A stretch of 64,000 nt of DNA from Actinomycetota bacterium (GTDB lineage: Bacteria > Actinomycetota > UBA4738 > HRBIN12), in NCBI GenBank assembly GCA_046330185.1, contig JAXLTF010000010.1, positions 330-64,329 on the forward strand. The letters run 5' to 3'. The translations under genes and the position numbers were made by a program. A model generated the notes under the pieces. The model saw nothing but the letters and a program-made list of their open reading frames with translations, was not told the origin of the DNA and did no database searches. Shown piece by piece: positions 31,380-41,289 of this stretch (position 1 is its first letter; the number at the start of each line of letters is the position of its first letter).

Positions 31380-32236
31380 GGCCGGTCTCGCTCGGCGCCG
31401 CAGGCACACCTCGTCCGCGCCGACCTCGGCCTCGAGCTCGCCGCCGCCCAGCATCGCCACCGCCTCCTCCGGCAGGCGGATGCTGCCGTCCTCAGCGATG
31501 GGTGCGACCGCGGAGCCCTCGTGCAGGACGCGGCCGTCGCGCACGCGGATCGCCGGTCGGCCCGGCGCGCGGCCGCCAGGTCGTGCGTGACCATCACGAT
31601 CGTGACGCCGAACTCCCGGTTCACGGCGCGGAACGCGTCCATCACCGCCGACGCCGAGACCGAATCCAGCTCGGCGGTGGGCTCGTCGGCCAGCAGGAAC
31701 GCGGGCGTGTTCGAGAGCGCGACCGCGATCGCGGCCCGCTGCTGCTCGCCGCCCGAGGAACTGGCCGACCGTGTGCGGGCTCGCTCGCCCAGGCCGACGA
31801 GCCGCAGCAGCTCGTCGGCGCCGCGGCGCCGGTCGGTCGCGACGCCCTCGTGCAGGGCCGACGGCAGGCGCACGTTCTCGCGGACCGAGGGTACGGGACC
31901 AGGTTGCGCGGCCGTGCCCTGCCACACGAACCCCACCCGCTCGGCCCGGTAGCGCGTGAGCTCATCGTCGGACAGCAGCCCCAGGTCGCGGCCGTCGACC
32001 TCGACCGAGCCGGCCGATGCGCGGTCGAGCCCGCCCAGCAGGTTCAGGATCGTGGACTTGCCCGCGCCGCTCGGGCCCACCACCGCCAGGAACTCGCCGC
32101 GTTCGACGTCGAGGTCGACGCCGCCCAGCGCCACGACCCCGGTGTCGCCGATCCGGTAGACCTTGTAGACGTGACGCAGCCGCGCCAGCGCGTCGCGCAT
32201 ATCGGGAGCGAAGAACTCGGCGCTCACCATGCTCAT
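31380..32236 (-). pseudogene. ABC transporter ATP-binding protein (MacB-type) with ~60-aa C-terminal extension, several frameshifts; no stop before the next ATPase
   Basis: Walker A GPSGAGKST, SGGEQQRAAIAVAL, LLADEPTAELD, VMVTHD. The extension IRVRDGRVLHEGSAVAPIAEDGSIRLPEEAV... is in another frame that runs directly into the ATG at 31379. Confidence 0.7.
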
Positions 32237-32258
32237 GGGCGGCCTTCCTCCAGCGACA

Positions 32259-35200
32259 TCATTCCGCCTCTCCTCGCAGGACGCCCGTCACGGAAGCTCG
32301 CATCAGCGCCCGCAGCGCCAGCGCCAGCCCCAGACCCGTCGCGATGACGATGGCCAGCAGGGCGATCAGCATCGATCGCCAGTCGAGCACCAGCACCGGC
32401 GGCGGGTACGACACGCCCAGGCTCGTGCCCACGTAGGGCATCACGAGGCGCAGCAGCAGGTACCCCAGCCCGGACCCCGCGAGCACCGCGAACCCCAGCA
32501 GGACCGACTGCTCGAGCACGAGCGCCCGCCGGATCTGCCGCCGGTCGGTACCCATCGCCCGCAGCGCGGCGAACTCGTAGTCCCGCCGGCGCTGGGCGAA
32601 GTAGAGCCCGGCGGCGACGCCGATCACGACCAGCAGCAGCCCGCCGACCGCCGCCGTGTAGTTCATGCCGACCGCCAGGCTCTGGGGGAGCTGCGCCAGT
32701 ATCGCCTCGATCGGGGCGGCGCGGACCGTCGAGCCGGTCAGGAAACCGCGCTCCCGGAGCGCGGGGCGGGGGTCGGCGGCGCCCATCGCCCACGCCTCGT
32801 TCAGCGTCAGCCCGGCCTCCGGGATCGCGAGCTCGCGCTCCAGCAGCGCCGGCGCCGACACGACCACGAAGGGCGCGTTCGGGACGTTGCTCGGGAACTG
32901 GGTGGCGACCGCGACCCGGTCGAGCTCCAGGTGCAGCCCTCCGAGCGTGACGGGGATGACGTCGCCCTGCCCCGAGGCGACGTTCGTGGAGACGAGCGCG
33001 GGCAGCGGGGGCGAGGCGGGCGTGATGCCGCCCACGACGTTGCCGGCCCCCGGGTGGAAGTCGTATCGGTAGCCGGCCCCCTCGGGCTCGAGGGTGCCCT
33101 CGCTGCCGCGCCACGTGATCGGCTCCCAGGCGTCGAGGGGGAGCGGCGTCCCGTCGACGTCCGCTTCCGCGAACGCGACCGAGAGGTCGAACGGCAGGTC
33201 GAGCGTGGTCTCGGCGTACAGGGTGATCGACAGCAGCCGCTCCGCGCCGTCGATCGGCAGGTCGTACCCGGCGACGCCCTCCTCGATCGGCAGAGGCTCC
33301 GCCGTCGCCACGGTGCCGTCGGTCCGAAGGGCCGTCGCCGTGAGCGTGAGCCGCGACTCGGCCTCGGATGCTTCCAGCTCGACGTGCAGGACCGAGGCGC
33401 CCGGCGGCACCTCGTAGCCGATCGGCTCGGTCTCGAGGGCGGCCAGGATCTCCGGTAGCGGCATGGCCGAGAAGTCGCTCCGCCACCATCCGCCCCGTGC
33501 GTACGTGGCGGGGTCGATCCCGTACGCGGGGGGAGGGAGCGAGAAGGAGCCTCCTTCCAGCGAGGGCTCCGCCCGCACGACCGGCGTCGTGTTCGGCGGC
33601 ATGGTCCCGAACGCGCCCAGGACGTCGGCGGGCGGCGTGACGTTCACGCGCCAGTCCGCCCCGATCTGGTTGTGCGCAGAGTCCTCGTGGTTCCGCAGGA
33701 CGATCGCTCGGTACGAGGTCGACACGACCAGCAGGCCCATGGCCAGCAGCAGCAGCAGTGCCGCGGCGAAGCCGGTGCCCGGCGCGCGTCCGAGCCGCCT
33801 CCCCGCCAGGTAGAGGGGGAGCCGCCGCGTCCTCCCGATCCGCCGGTCCGAGCGCCGGAACACGAAGAGCAGGAACCGCAGCGCGAGGAACGAGGCGGCG
33901 AACAGCAGCAGCGTGGGCGCGAGCAGCACGAGTGGGTCGATCGTGCCGGAGCCCGGCTCGGGCTTCGTCCCGCCGCGGAGCTGGATGAAGGCGAAGATCC
34001 CGACCGGCAGGACGATCAGCTCGATCGGCAGCCGGGCGAGCAGCGGCCGGTCCTCGCGGGACGCCGCGCGTCGCTCCTCCAGGACGGTCCGCCTCACGAG
34101 CGGGATCGACAGCAGAACGAGGATCAGCGCGCCCGCCGCCGCGGCGACGAGACCCAGGACCTGCGCCGGTCCCGACAGGTCCACGGGGAACAGCACGCCG
34201 GGCAGCCGCGCGCCGTTCGAGTGGCCGGCGAGCTTCGCCAGCGCGATCCCGATCAGCAGTCCCAGCGGGTACGCGACGAGCGCCGCGACGCCGGCCTGGA
34301 ACGTCTGTGCCAGCAGGAGCTTCCGGCTCGAGAACCCGCGGCTGTGAAGCACGGAGAGCTCGAACGCCTGGCGAGTCAGGGTCAGCGCCCCCACGCCGGC
34401 CAGGACCGCGAGCGTGACGGCGCCGATCTGGAAGACGACCAGCAGGATGGGGACGCGCAGGTTCTGGACGCGCTGTTCAACGACCGCCATCAGCGTGCCG
34501 AGCCCGCTGGCGACCCGGACCTGGGACAGCTCCGGCTCGGCGCTGAGCTGGCTCTCGATCTGCCGCAGCTGCCCCGGGATCGTCCGAACGGTTCCGAACG
34601 GCACGCCGGCGAGATCCAGGTAGACGTCCCAGGCGTACTCGGTCGTGAGCCCCAGCTCCTCCGCGGTCTGCAGGGAGGTGTCGCGCGAGACCAGCACGGG
34701 CGAGGGCTGCGTCGAGTCCGGCGGCGGGAACGGGCTCCGTCCGCCGAACCAGAACCGGTCGCGTGGGGGATCCTCGAACAGCCCAGAAACCTCGAGCGTG
34801 ACCACGTCGTCCGCCGGGCCGACCAGGTCGATGGCATCGCCGATCCGCACACCGGGCGCCGCGCCCACCGGCAGCGCGGCCTGCCCGGCGCCGGGCGGCT
34901 CGCCCCGGAACTCCAGGTGATCCTCGGCACCGTCTCGGAACAGCAGCGGGACCGACGGGCCGTCCTCGCCGCCCAGCCGGACCGTCGAGACGCCCTGGTC
35001 GACGATCGTTCCGACAGGCAAGCCGGCCGTGGCCTCGACGATCGCCGCGTCCGCGGCCGCCCAGTCGAAGTCGGGGCCGCCGTAGACCTGGATCCGGGCG
35101 TTCGTGACGGTGACGTCCTCGTCGCGGAGCGCGGACGAGAGGATCGCCTCGCGCGCGGCGTCCGCGTAGATGGGGCCCGCGACCAGGACGCCGATGCTGA

Positions 35201-35279
35201 ACGCGAGGGTGACCACGACGGCGAGCCCCAGCAGGCGCTGGGCGACGGAGCGCTTCAGCAGGAACCGGAAGGTCGCCAT
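32259..35279 (-). CDS. Large FtsX-family ABC permease (1006 aa, two FtsX modules)
   Basis: Start at MATFRFLLKRS (ATG 35279), large extracytoplasmic domains between TM bundles, uninterrupted over 3 kb. The upstream 1.2 kb of the listed 1402-aa ORF is antisense to the aminotransferase gene and was discarded. Confidence 0.85.
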   Translation of the reverse strand: MATFRFLLKRSVAQRLLGLAVVVTLAFSIGVLVAGPIYADAAREAILSSALRDEDVTVTNARIQVYGGPDFDWAAADAAIVEATAGLPVGTIVDQGVSTVRLGGEDGPSVPLLFRDGAEDHLEFRGEPPGAGQAALPVGAAPGVRIGDAIDLVGPADDVVTLEVSGLFEDPPRDRFWFGGRSPFPPPDSTQPSPVLVSRDTSLQTAEELGLTTEYAWDVYLDLAGVPFGTVRTIPGQLRQIESQLSAEPELSQVRVASGLGTLMAVVEQRVQNLRVPILLVVFQIGAVTLAVLAGVGALTLTRQAFELSVLHSRGFSSRKLLLAQTFQAGVAALVAYPLGLLIGIALAKLAGHSNGARLPGVLFPVDLSGPAQVLGLVAAAAGALILVLLSIPLVRRTVLEERRAASREDRPLLARLPIELIVLPVGIFAFIQLRGGTKPEPGSGTIDPLVLLAPTLLLFAASFLALRFLLFVFRRSDRRIGRTRRLPLYLAGRRLGRAPGTGFAAALLLLLAMGLLVVSTSYRAIVLRNHEDSAHNQIGADWRVNVTPPADVLGAFGTMPPNTTPVVRAEPSLEGGSFSLPPPAYGIDPATYARGGWWRSDFSAMPLPEILAALETEPIGYEVPPGASVLHVELEASEAESRLTLTATALRTDGTVATAEPLPIEEGVAGYDLPIDGAERLLSITLYAETTLDLPFDLSVAFAEADVDGTPLPLDAWEPITWRGSEGTLEPEGAGYRYDFHPGAGNVVGGITPASPPLPALVSTNVASGQGDVIPVTLGGLHLELDRVAVATQFPSNVPNAPFVVVSAPALLERELAIPEAGLTLNEAWAMGAADPRPALRERGFLTGSTVRAAPIEAILAQLPQSLAVGMNYTAAVGGLLLVVIGVAAGLYFAQRRRDYEFAALRAMGTDRRQIRRALVLEQSVLLGFAVLAGSGLGYLLLRLVMPYVGTSLGVSYPPPVLVLDWRSMLIALLAIVIATGLGLALALRALMRASVTGVLRGEAE

Positions 35280-35447
35280 GGACGGAGGAAGGACCGCCCC
35301 TCTCCGCGGCCCGCCCGATGATACGGAGGCGTGTGCGGTCGGCGCGCCCCGACTTGCGGAATCGTGCCTCCGGGACCCCTTGATAACCTTGGTCCTCGAG
35401 CCGCGGGACGGCTTCGACCGGCCGGATACCGAGCAGGAGCGTGCGCA

Positions 35448-36605
35448 GTGGACAGGCCCGAGATCATCCTGGCCCCCGGACCCACCCCGATACCGCCCGA
35501 GGTGCTCCTGGCGCAGGGGAGCCCCCTCGTCTACCACCGCGGTCCCGGGTTCGGGAACCTGATGCGCGACGTGACCGACCGGCTGCGCGAGCTCTACCGG
35601 ACCGAACGCGCCGACGTGCTGCTCATGACGTCGTCCGGTACCGGCGGCCTGGAGTCTGCGATCCAGAACTGCTTCTCGCCCGGCGACGAGGTGTTCGTGC
35701 CGCTCGCGGGCTTCTTCGCGGACCGGTGGCGGCAACTCGCCCGGGCGTTCGGCCTGAGCGTGCGGACGATCGAGTACGACTGGGGCCGCCGGATCGACCC
35801 GGCGGATGTCGCGGCCGCGTTGGCGGAGCACCCCGTGAAGGCGGTGCTCCTCACGCAGAGCGAGACGTCGACCGGCGTGATCCAGCCGATCCGCGAGCTG
35901 GCGGAGGTGGCGAACGAGGCGGGCGCGATGGTGGTCGTCGACGTGGTGTCCTCGCTCGGCGCCGTGCCGTTCGAGTTCGACGGCTGGGGGATCGACGTCG
36001 CGGTGGGTGGTTCGCAGAAGGCCCTGTCGGCGTCCCCTGGGATCGCGTTCGTCGCGATCTCCCCGCGCGCCTGGGAGGCGCATTCGACCGCGACGAACCC
36101 GCGCTTCTACTTCGACTGGTCGATCTACGAGCGGTTCGCGGAGCTGCCGGATCCCGAGAACCCGTGGACGCCGGCGATCAGCGTGATGCAGGGCCTGCAC
36201 GCGGCCCTGGAGCTCTACTTCCAGGACGGCCTCGATGCCGCGTTGGTCCGGCATGCCTCCCTCTCGCGCGCCGTCAAGGAGGGCGCGAAGGCGCTGGGCC
36301 TGGATCTGTTCGGGGAGGGTCTGGACACGAACTGGACCGTGACCGCGATCCGCGCCCCGGAGGGGCTGGACGCGGACACGATCGCGAACCGCATCCGGGC
36401 GGACCACGGCGTGGTCCTGGCGCCGGGCCAGGGGCCCTTGAAGGGCAGGGTCTTCCGGATCGGCCACTTCGGCTACTTCAGCGAGCTCGACATCCTGCGC
36501 GGGCTGGCCGCGCTCGAGATGACGCTCGAGAAGCTGGGGTTCCCGGTCAAGCGCGGGGCCGCGGTCGCCGCGGCCGAGGGCGTGTTCGCCGAGACGGAAG
36601 GCTGA
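35448..36605 (+). CDS. Class V aminotransferase (serine-glyoxylate / phosphoserine aminotransferase-like)
   Basis: GTG 35448. PLP-lysine context (GGSQKALSASPG). Immediately upstream of serA. Confidence 0.85.
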   Translation: MDRPEIILAPGPTPIPPEVLLAQGSPLVYHRGPGFGNLMRDVTDRLRELYRTERADVLLMTSSGTGGLESAIQNCFSPGDEVFVPLAGFFADRWRQLARAFGLSVRTIEYDWGRRIDPADVAAALAEHPVKAVLLTQSETSTGVIQPIRELAEVANEAGAMVVVDVVSSLGAVPFEFDGWGIDVAVGGSQKALSASPGIAFVAISPRAWEAHSTATNPRFYFDWSIYERFAELPDPENPWTPAISVMQGLHAALELYFQDGLDAALVRHASLSRAVKEGAKALGLDLFGEGLDTNWTVTAIRAPEGLDADTIANRIRADHGVVLAPGQGPLKGRVFRIGHFGYFSELDILRGLAALEMTLEKLGFPVKRGAAVAAAEGVFAETEG

Positions 36606-36612
36606 TCGCCGC

Positions 36613-38199
36613 GTGCGGGTCCTGGTGACCGAGAAGCTGTCCGATGCCGGGCTCGAGTTGCTGCGCCGAGACTTCCAGGTGGACGAGCGGCCCGAGCTCG
36701 CCTCGGACGACCTGGCGTCCGCGATCGGGCCGTACGACGCGCTCGTCGTCCGCTCTCAGACGCAGGTCACGGCCGACGTCCTGGCGGCCGCGCCGAACCT
36801 GAAGGTGGTCGCGCGCGCGGGCATCGGCCTGGACAACGTCGACGTCGAGGCCGCGACGCGCCGCGGCGTGATGGTCGTGAACGCGCCGCGGTCGAACGTG
36901 ATCTCGGCCGCGGAGCAGACGATCGCGCTCCTGCTGGCGCAGGCGCGCAACATCCCGCAGGCGGACGCCGCCCTGAGGCACGGCGCGTGGGAGCGCGGCC
37001 GCTTCGAGGGCGTGGAGCTGGCGAACAAGACGATCGGGGTCATCGGGCTCGGCCGCGTCGGAACGCTGGTCGCCGCGCGCGCCGCGGCGTTCGGGATGCG
37101 CGTGATCGCGTTCGACCCGTACGTGTCGGCGGACCGGGCGAAGGAGATGGGCGTCGACGTGATGCCGAGCCTCGAGGCGCTGCTCGTGCAGGCGGACTTC
37201 GTCACGATCCACCTCCCGCGAACGGCCGAGACCGAGGGGCTGATCGGCAGGCGCGAGCTGTCGCTGATGAAGGCCGGAGCGCGCGGCTGATCAACTACCG
37301 CGCGCAGCGGGATCGTCGACGAGAGGCCCTGGCGAAGGCGGTCTCGGATGGACGCCTGGGGAGCCGCGCACTGGACGTGTTCGCCGACGAGCCCGGCCGA
37401 CGGCCCGCTGTTCGGTCTGGAGAACGTGGTCGTCACGCCGCACCTGGGTGCGTCCACCCGCGAGGCGCAGGACAAGGCCGGGACGACGGTGGCGGAGATG
37501 GTGAGGCTGGCGCTGAACGGCGAGTTCGTGCCCTACGCCGTGAACGTCTCCGCGGGCGCCGAGGTCTCCGAGATCGTGCGGCCGTTCGTGCCGCTCGCCG
37601 AGCGGATGGGCTCGCTGGTGGCGGGCCTGGCCGAGGGCGGCGTGCGCTCGATCGTCTGCTCGTACCTGGGAAGGATCGCCGAAGCGGATACCCGTGCGCT
37701 GACGCTCGCGATCCTGAAGGGGATCGTCGGCAAGGTCGTGAACGAGCCGGTCTCGTTCGTGAATGCCCCGTTGCTGGCGCGCGATCGAGGGCTGGAGTTC
37801 TCGGAGATGCGCTCGACGGTCTCGCAGGACTACGTGAGCCTGGTGTCGATCCGGGCCGAAACCGACGACGAGCCGGTCACGGTCGATGGGACGATCATCG
37901 GGCGCACCGCGGAGCGCATCGTCGAGGTCGACGGCTTCGGGATCGAGATCACGCCGGCGCCTCGGATGGTGTTCTTCAACTACGAGGACCGGCCCGGCAT
38001 CATCGGCAAGGTCGGCACGATCCTGGGCGAGCACGAGGTGAACATCGCCACGATGGACGTGGGCCGCAAGCCGATCGACGGTGTGATGGAGGCGTTGATG
38101 TGCCTCACCGTCGACTCGGCGGTGCCGCCGCACGTGCTCGACTACATCGCCGAGGCGATCGACGCGCGGCGCGTGCGGTTCCTCGACCTGCCCGTCTGA
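36613..38199 (+). pseudogene. serA: D-3-phosphoglycerate dehydrogenase, at least 3 frame changes within 37285-37400
   Basis: The N-terminal 225 aa are intact (GIGLDNVD, GVIGLGRVG). The reading then runs LINxARGGIVDEEAL / DVFADEP / PADGPLFGLENVVVTPHLGAST across three frames. The C-terminal ASB and ACT domains are intact. Confidence 0.85.
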
Positions 38200-38227
38200 G
38201 CCGTTCCGTCGCACGGCGACCCCGTGC

Positions 38228-38233
38228 TAGACT
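38228..38233 (+). promoter_or_regulatory. -10-like TAGACT, 9 nt upstream of the ATG at 38243
   Basis: Same GCTAGACT context as at 23198 and 20462. Confidence 0.3.
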
Positions 38234-38242
38234 CGCGCCCTC

Positions 38243-38287
38243 ATGAAGCGGTTCCTCGTGACGCCCGGGCACGCCGGCACGATCTGA
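38243..38287 (+). CDS. Candidate 14-codon leaderless upstream ORF (MKRFLVTPGHAGTI)
   Basis: ATG follows a -10-like element and the ORF stops 72 nt before the MFS transporter ATG. Purely positional evidence. Confidence 0.15.
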   Translation: MKRFLVTPGHAGTI

Positions 38288-38358
38288 CGCGGTCCGCCCG
38301 CGTCCGTGCCCGGCCCGGACCCACGCCGCCCACCGTCCACCTTCCGAGGAGCCGCACC

Positions 38359-39648
38359 ATGAACCGTTCGAGCAGATCCAACGTCCGCCGGCTGGCGTTC
38401 GGCCGCATGATCTCCGTCACCGGGGGTGCCGCCGCGTACACGGCACTCAACTTCACGGTCTGGGAGCGGACGCACTCGCCGAAGATGCAGGCGCTCTCGT
38501 TGCTGCTCACGTTCGGCGTCGCGGGCATCCTCGGGCCGTTCACCGGGATCCTGGGCGACCGCTTCGACCGCAAGAAGGTCATGATCATCGCCGAGGCGTT
38601 CTGCGCCGTCGTGTTCGGCGTGATGGCGTTCCTGGACGACCCGGTCTGGCTGATCTTCTTCGCGTTCCTCTCGGCGATCGCCGAGCAGCCGTTCTTCTCG
38701 TCGTCGCGGGCCGCGATCCCGGCGCTGGTCGAGGACGAGGAGGACCTGTCCTGGGCCAACAGCCTGGTGACGACGGGCGTCCACTCGGGGATCGCGATCG
38801 GCCCGGTGATCGGCGGCCTGCTCGCCGGAACGGCGGCGGGGGCCTCGCTCGTCTTCGGGCTGAACGCCGTGACGTTCCTGCTCTCCCTGGTGCTCACCAT
38901 CTCGATCCACGGGCGCTTCCAGGACGAGCGGGGCGGCGAGGGCGCGGACGAGCACCGCGGCCTGATGGCCGGGATACGGTTCCTGTTCGTCGAATCGGTG
39001 TTGCGCCGGATGTCGATCGCCTGGCTCGTGTTCGTGATGGGCATGGGGATGGGGATGGTCGCGGACGCGGCCCTGGCGGAGGCGTTCGACGCCGGGTCGT
39101 TCGGCTTCGGCCTGCTGATCGCGTGCTGGGGGACCGGGTCCGTGCTCGGGACGCTGGGGGGCCGCTGGATGAACGCGCGCACGGAGCCCGTGTGGATGGT
39201 CTGGGGCGCGGCGGGCATCGCGCTCGCGGCGTTCGGCGTCGGCTCCTTCCCGGTGTTCGCGCTCGTGCTGGCGTCGCTGCTCGTGATGGGGATCTGCGAC
39301 GGTCTCACGATCGTCGCCGAGAACGGGATCATGCAGCGCCGTACGCCCGACGCCGTCCGCAGCCGGACGAACGCGGCCTTCGAGGCGGTGCTGTCGCTGG
39401 GGCTCGCGGCCGCGTACGTGGCCGCCGCGCCGGTCCTGCGGGCGATCGGGCCTCAGCAGGTCTGCCGGGTGGGAGGGATCGCCGCCGCGGTCGCGGCCGT
39501 GATCCTGATCCCGCTCCTTCGGCTCCGGCACGAGCCGGACACGGGGACGAGCCGGACGCGGAGCTCACCGAGCTCGCGGCCGAGGTCGTCGCGCAGCCGG
39601 CCGCGCCGCCGGGCCAGGCATGAACGGTTGAACGGCCGTTCAGGATAG
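38359..39648 (+). CDS. MFS transporter
   Basis: ATG 38359 (MNRSSRSNVRRLAFGRM...), 12 TM-like spans, GDRFDRKK loop motif. The last ~35 codons may be frameshifted (an alternative ending DEPDAELTELAAEVV... would stop at 39623). Confidence 0.8.
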   Translation: MNRSSRSNVRRLAFGRMISVTGGAAAYTALNFTVWERTHSPKMQALSLLLTFGVAGILGPFTGILGDRFDRKKVMIIAEAFCAVVFGVMAFLDDPVWLIFFAFLSAIAEQPFFSSSRAAIPALVEDEEDLSWANSLVTTGVHSGIAIGPVIGGLLAGTAAGASLVFGLNAVTFLLSLVLTISIHGRFQDERGGEGADEHRGLMAGIRFLFVESVLRRMSIAWLVFVMGMGMGMVADAALAEAFDAGSFGFGLLIACWGTGSVLGTLGGRWMNARTEPVWMVWGAAGIALAAFGVGSFPVFALVLASLLVMGICDGLTIVAENGIMQRRTPDAVRSRTNAAFEAVLSLGLAAAYVAAAPVLRAIGPQQVCRVGGIAAAVAAVILIPLLRLRHEPDTGTSRTRSSPSSRPRSSRSRPRRRARHERLNGRSG

Positions 39649-39678
39649 GATGCGCCCGCGCCGGGGCTCGGCGCTCCT

Positions 39679-41289
39679 ATGACCGAGGCGTACGACGCGA
39701 TCGTGATCGGCGGCGGCCACAACGGCCTGGTCGCGGCCGCCTACCTGGCGAGGGTCGGCGCCCGCACCGTCGTCCTGGAGGCGCGCCACAAGGTCGGCGG
39801 CGCGGCGGACACGATGGCCCCCTGGCCCGAGGCGCCGGACTTCAAGGTCACCACGCTCAGCTACGTGATGAGCCTGATGCCCGACACGATCATCCGGGAC
39901 CTGCGGCTGCCGCGCCACGGCTACGAGGTGCGCCCGACCGGTCCGTACGTCGTCCCGTTCCCCGACGGGTCGTCGATCGTCGAGGAGGACGATCCGAAGA
40001 AGAACCACGCTGAGTTCGCGAAGTTCTCCAAGCGCGACGCGGACGCCCTGGAGCGCTGGGAGGCGTGGATCGGAGGCCTCGCCGACGTCCTGGGGCCGCT
40101 CCTGATGACGACCCCGCCACGGATCGGCTCGACGCGGCCGGGAGACCTGCTTGAGCAGCTGCGGCTCGCCTGGCGGTTCCGCGGGCTCGGCGTGCGCGGC
40201 GTCGCGGACGTCACGCGCCTGATGACGATGTCGATCGCGGACATCCTCGATCTGTTCTTCGAGTCGGACCAGGTCCGGACCGTGATGTCGCTGAACGGCC
40301 TGATCGGGACGTGGGCGGGCCCGCACGAGCCCGGCACCGGCTACGTGATGGCGCACCACTCGATCGGCGACGTCGGCAGCGGCACGGTCGGGGCGTGGGC
40401 GGTCCCGATCGGCGGGATGGGCGCGGTCGCCGACGCGATCGCGTCCAGCGCGCGGTCGTTCGGCGCCGAGATCCGGACCGAGGCGCCGGTCGAGCGGATC
40501 CTGGTGCGCGACGGGTCGGCACGCGGCGTCGTGCTGGATGGCGGCGAGGAGCTGCGCTCGCCGCTCGTGCTCACCGCCACGCACCCCAAGATAGCGTTCC
40601 TGCGCCAGCTCGACGCCGCCGACCTGCCCGGCGACTTCGTCCGCGACGTCGAGGGCTGGAGCTCGCGTTCGGGCGTCGTGAAGATCAACCTCGCGCTCGA
40701 CCGCGCACCGGTGCTGAAGGCGCTGCCCGAGCTCACGGACCTGTCGGGCGGGTTCGAGCTTGCCCACTCCGTGGCCTACCTGGAGGAGGGGTTCGAGGAG
40801 GCGCGATCGGGCAAGCCCGCCACCCGGCCGTTCTCGGACGGCGTGATGCCGACCTCGCTCGACCCGACGCTCGCGCCCGAGGGCAAGCACGTGATCTCGC
40901 TGTTCACCCAGTGGGTGCCGGACACCTGGTCCCAGGAGCCGCACCGCGACGAGCTGGAGGCCTACGCCGACCGCGTGATCGCGGGCTACGACGAGCTGGC
41001 GCCCGGGTTCACGGACTCGATCCTGCACCGACAGGTGATCGGGCCGTACGACATGGAGCAGGGCTGGGGCCTGATCGGCGGGAACATCTTCCACGGCGAG
41101 CTCTCGGCCGAGCAGCTGTTCCACATGCGCCCGGCGCCGGGCTACGCCGACTACCGGACCCCGATCCGGGGCCTCTACCAGTGCTCGAGCGCCACGCATG
41201 CCGGTGGCGGCGTCACCGGCATCCCCGCCTACAACTGCGTCCGGGAGATCAAGCGCGACCGCAGGCGCGGTCGCAGGAGGCGTGCCTAG
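39679..41289 (+). CDS. Phytoene desaturase-family NAD(P)/FAD-dependent oxidoreductase (CrtI-like, COG1233)
   Basis: 536 aa. Dinucleotide motif YDAIVIGGGHNGLVAAAYLA, C-terminal GGGVTGIP. Uninterrupted. Confidence 0.8.
   Translation: MTEAYDAIVIGGGHNGLVAAAYLARVGARTVVLEARHKVGGAADTMAPWPEAPDFKVTTLSYVMSLMPDTIIRDLRLPRHGYEVRPTGPYVVPFPDGSSIVEEDDPKKNHAEFAKFSKRDADALERWEAWIGGLADVLGPLLMTTPPRIGSTRPGDLLEQLRLAWRFRGLGVRGVADVTRLMTMSIADILDLFFESDQVRTVMSLNGLIGTWAGPHEPGTGYVMAHHSIGDVGSGTVGAWAVPIGGMGAVADAIASSARSFGAEIRTEAPVERILVRDGSARGVVLDGGEELRSPLVLTATHPKIAFLRQLDAADLPGDFVRDVEGWSSRSGVVKINLALDRAPVLKALPELTDLSGGFELAHSVAYLEEGFEEARSGKPATRPFSDGVMPTSLDPTLAPEGKHVISLFTQWVPDTWSQEPHRDELEAYADRVIAGYDELAPGFTDSILHRQVIGPYDMEQGWGLIGGNIFHGELSAEQLFHMRPAPGYADYRTPIRGLYQCSSATHAGGGVTGIPAYNCVREIKRDRRRGRRRRA

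Noticed and set aside
35280-36467. N-terminal ~395 codons of the 1402-aa ORF 32259..36467, which would make a giant permease.
   Set aside because: This part is antisense to the well-supported class V aminotransferase gene. The permease has a clean internal start (MATFRFLLKRS, ATG 35279) where the FtsX-like sequence begins.
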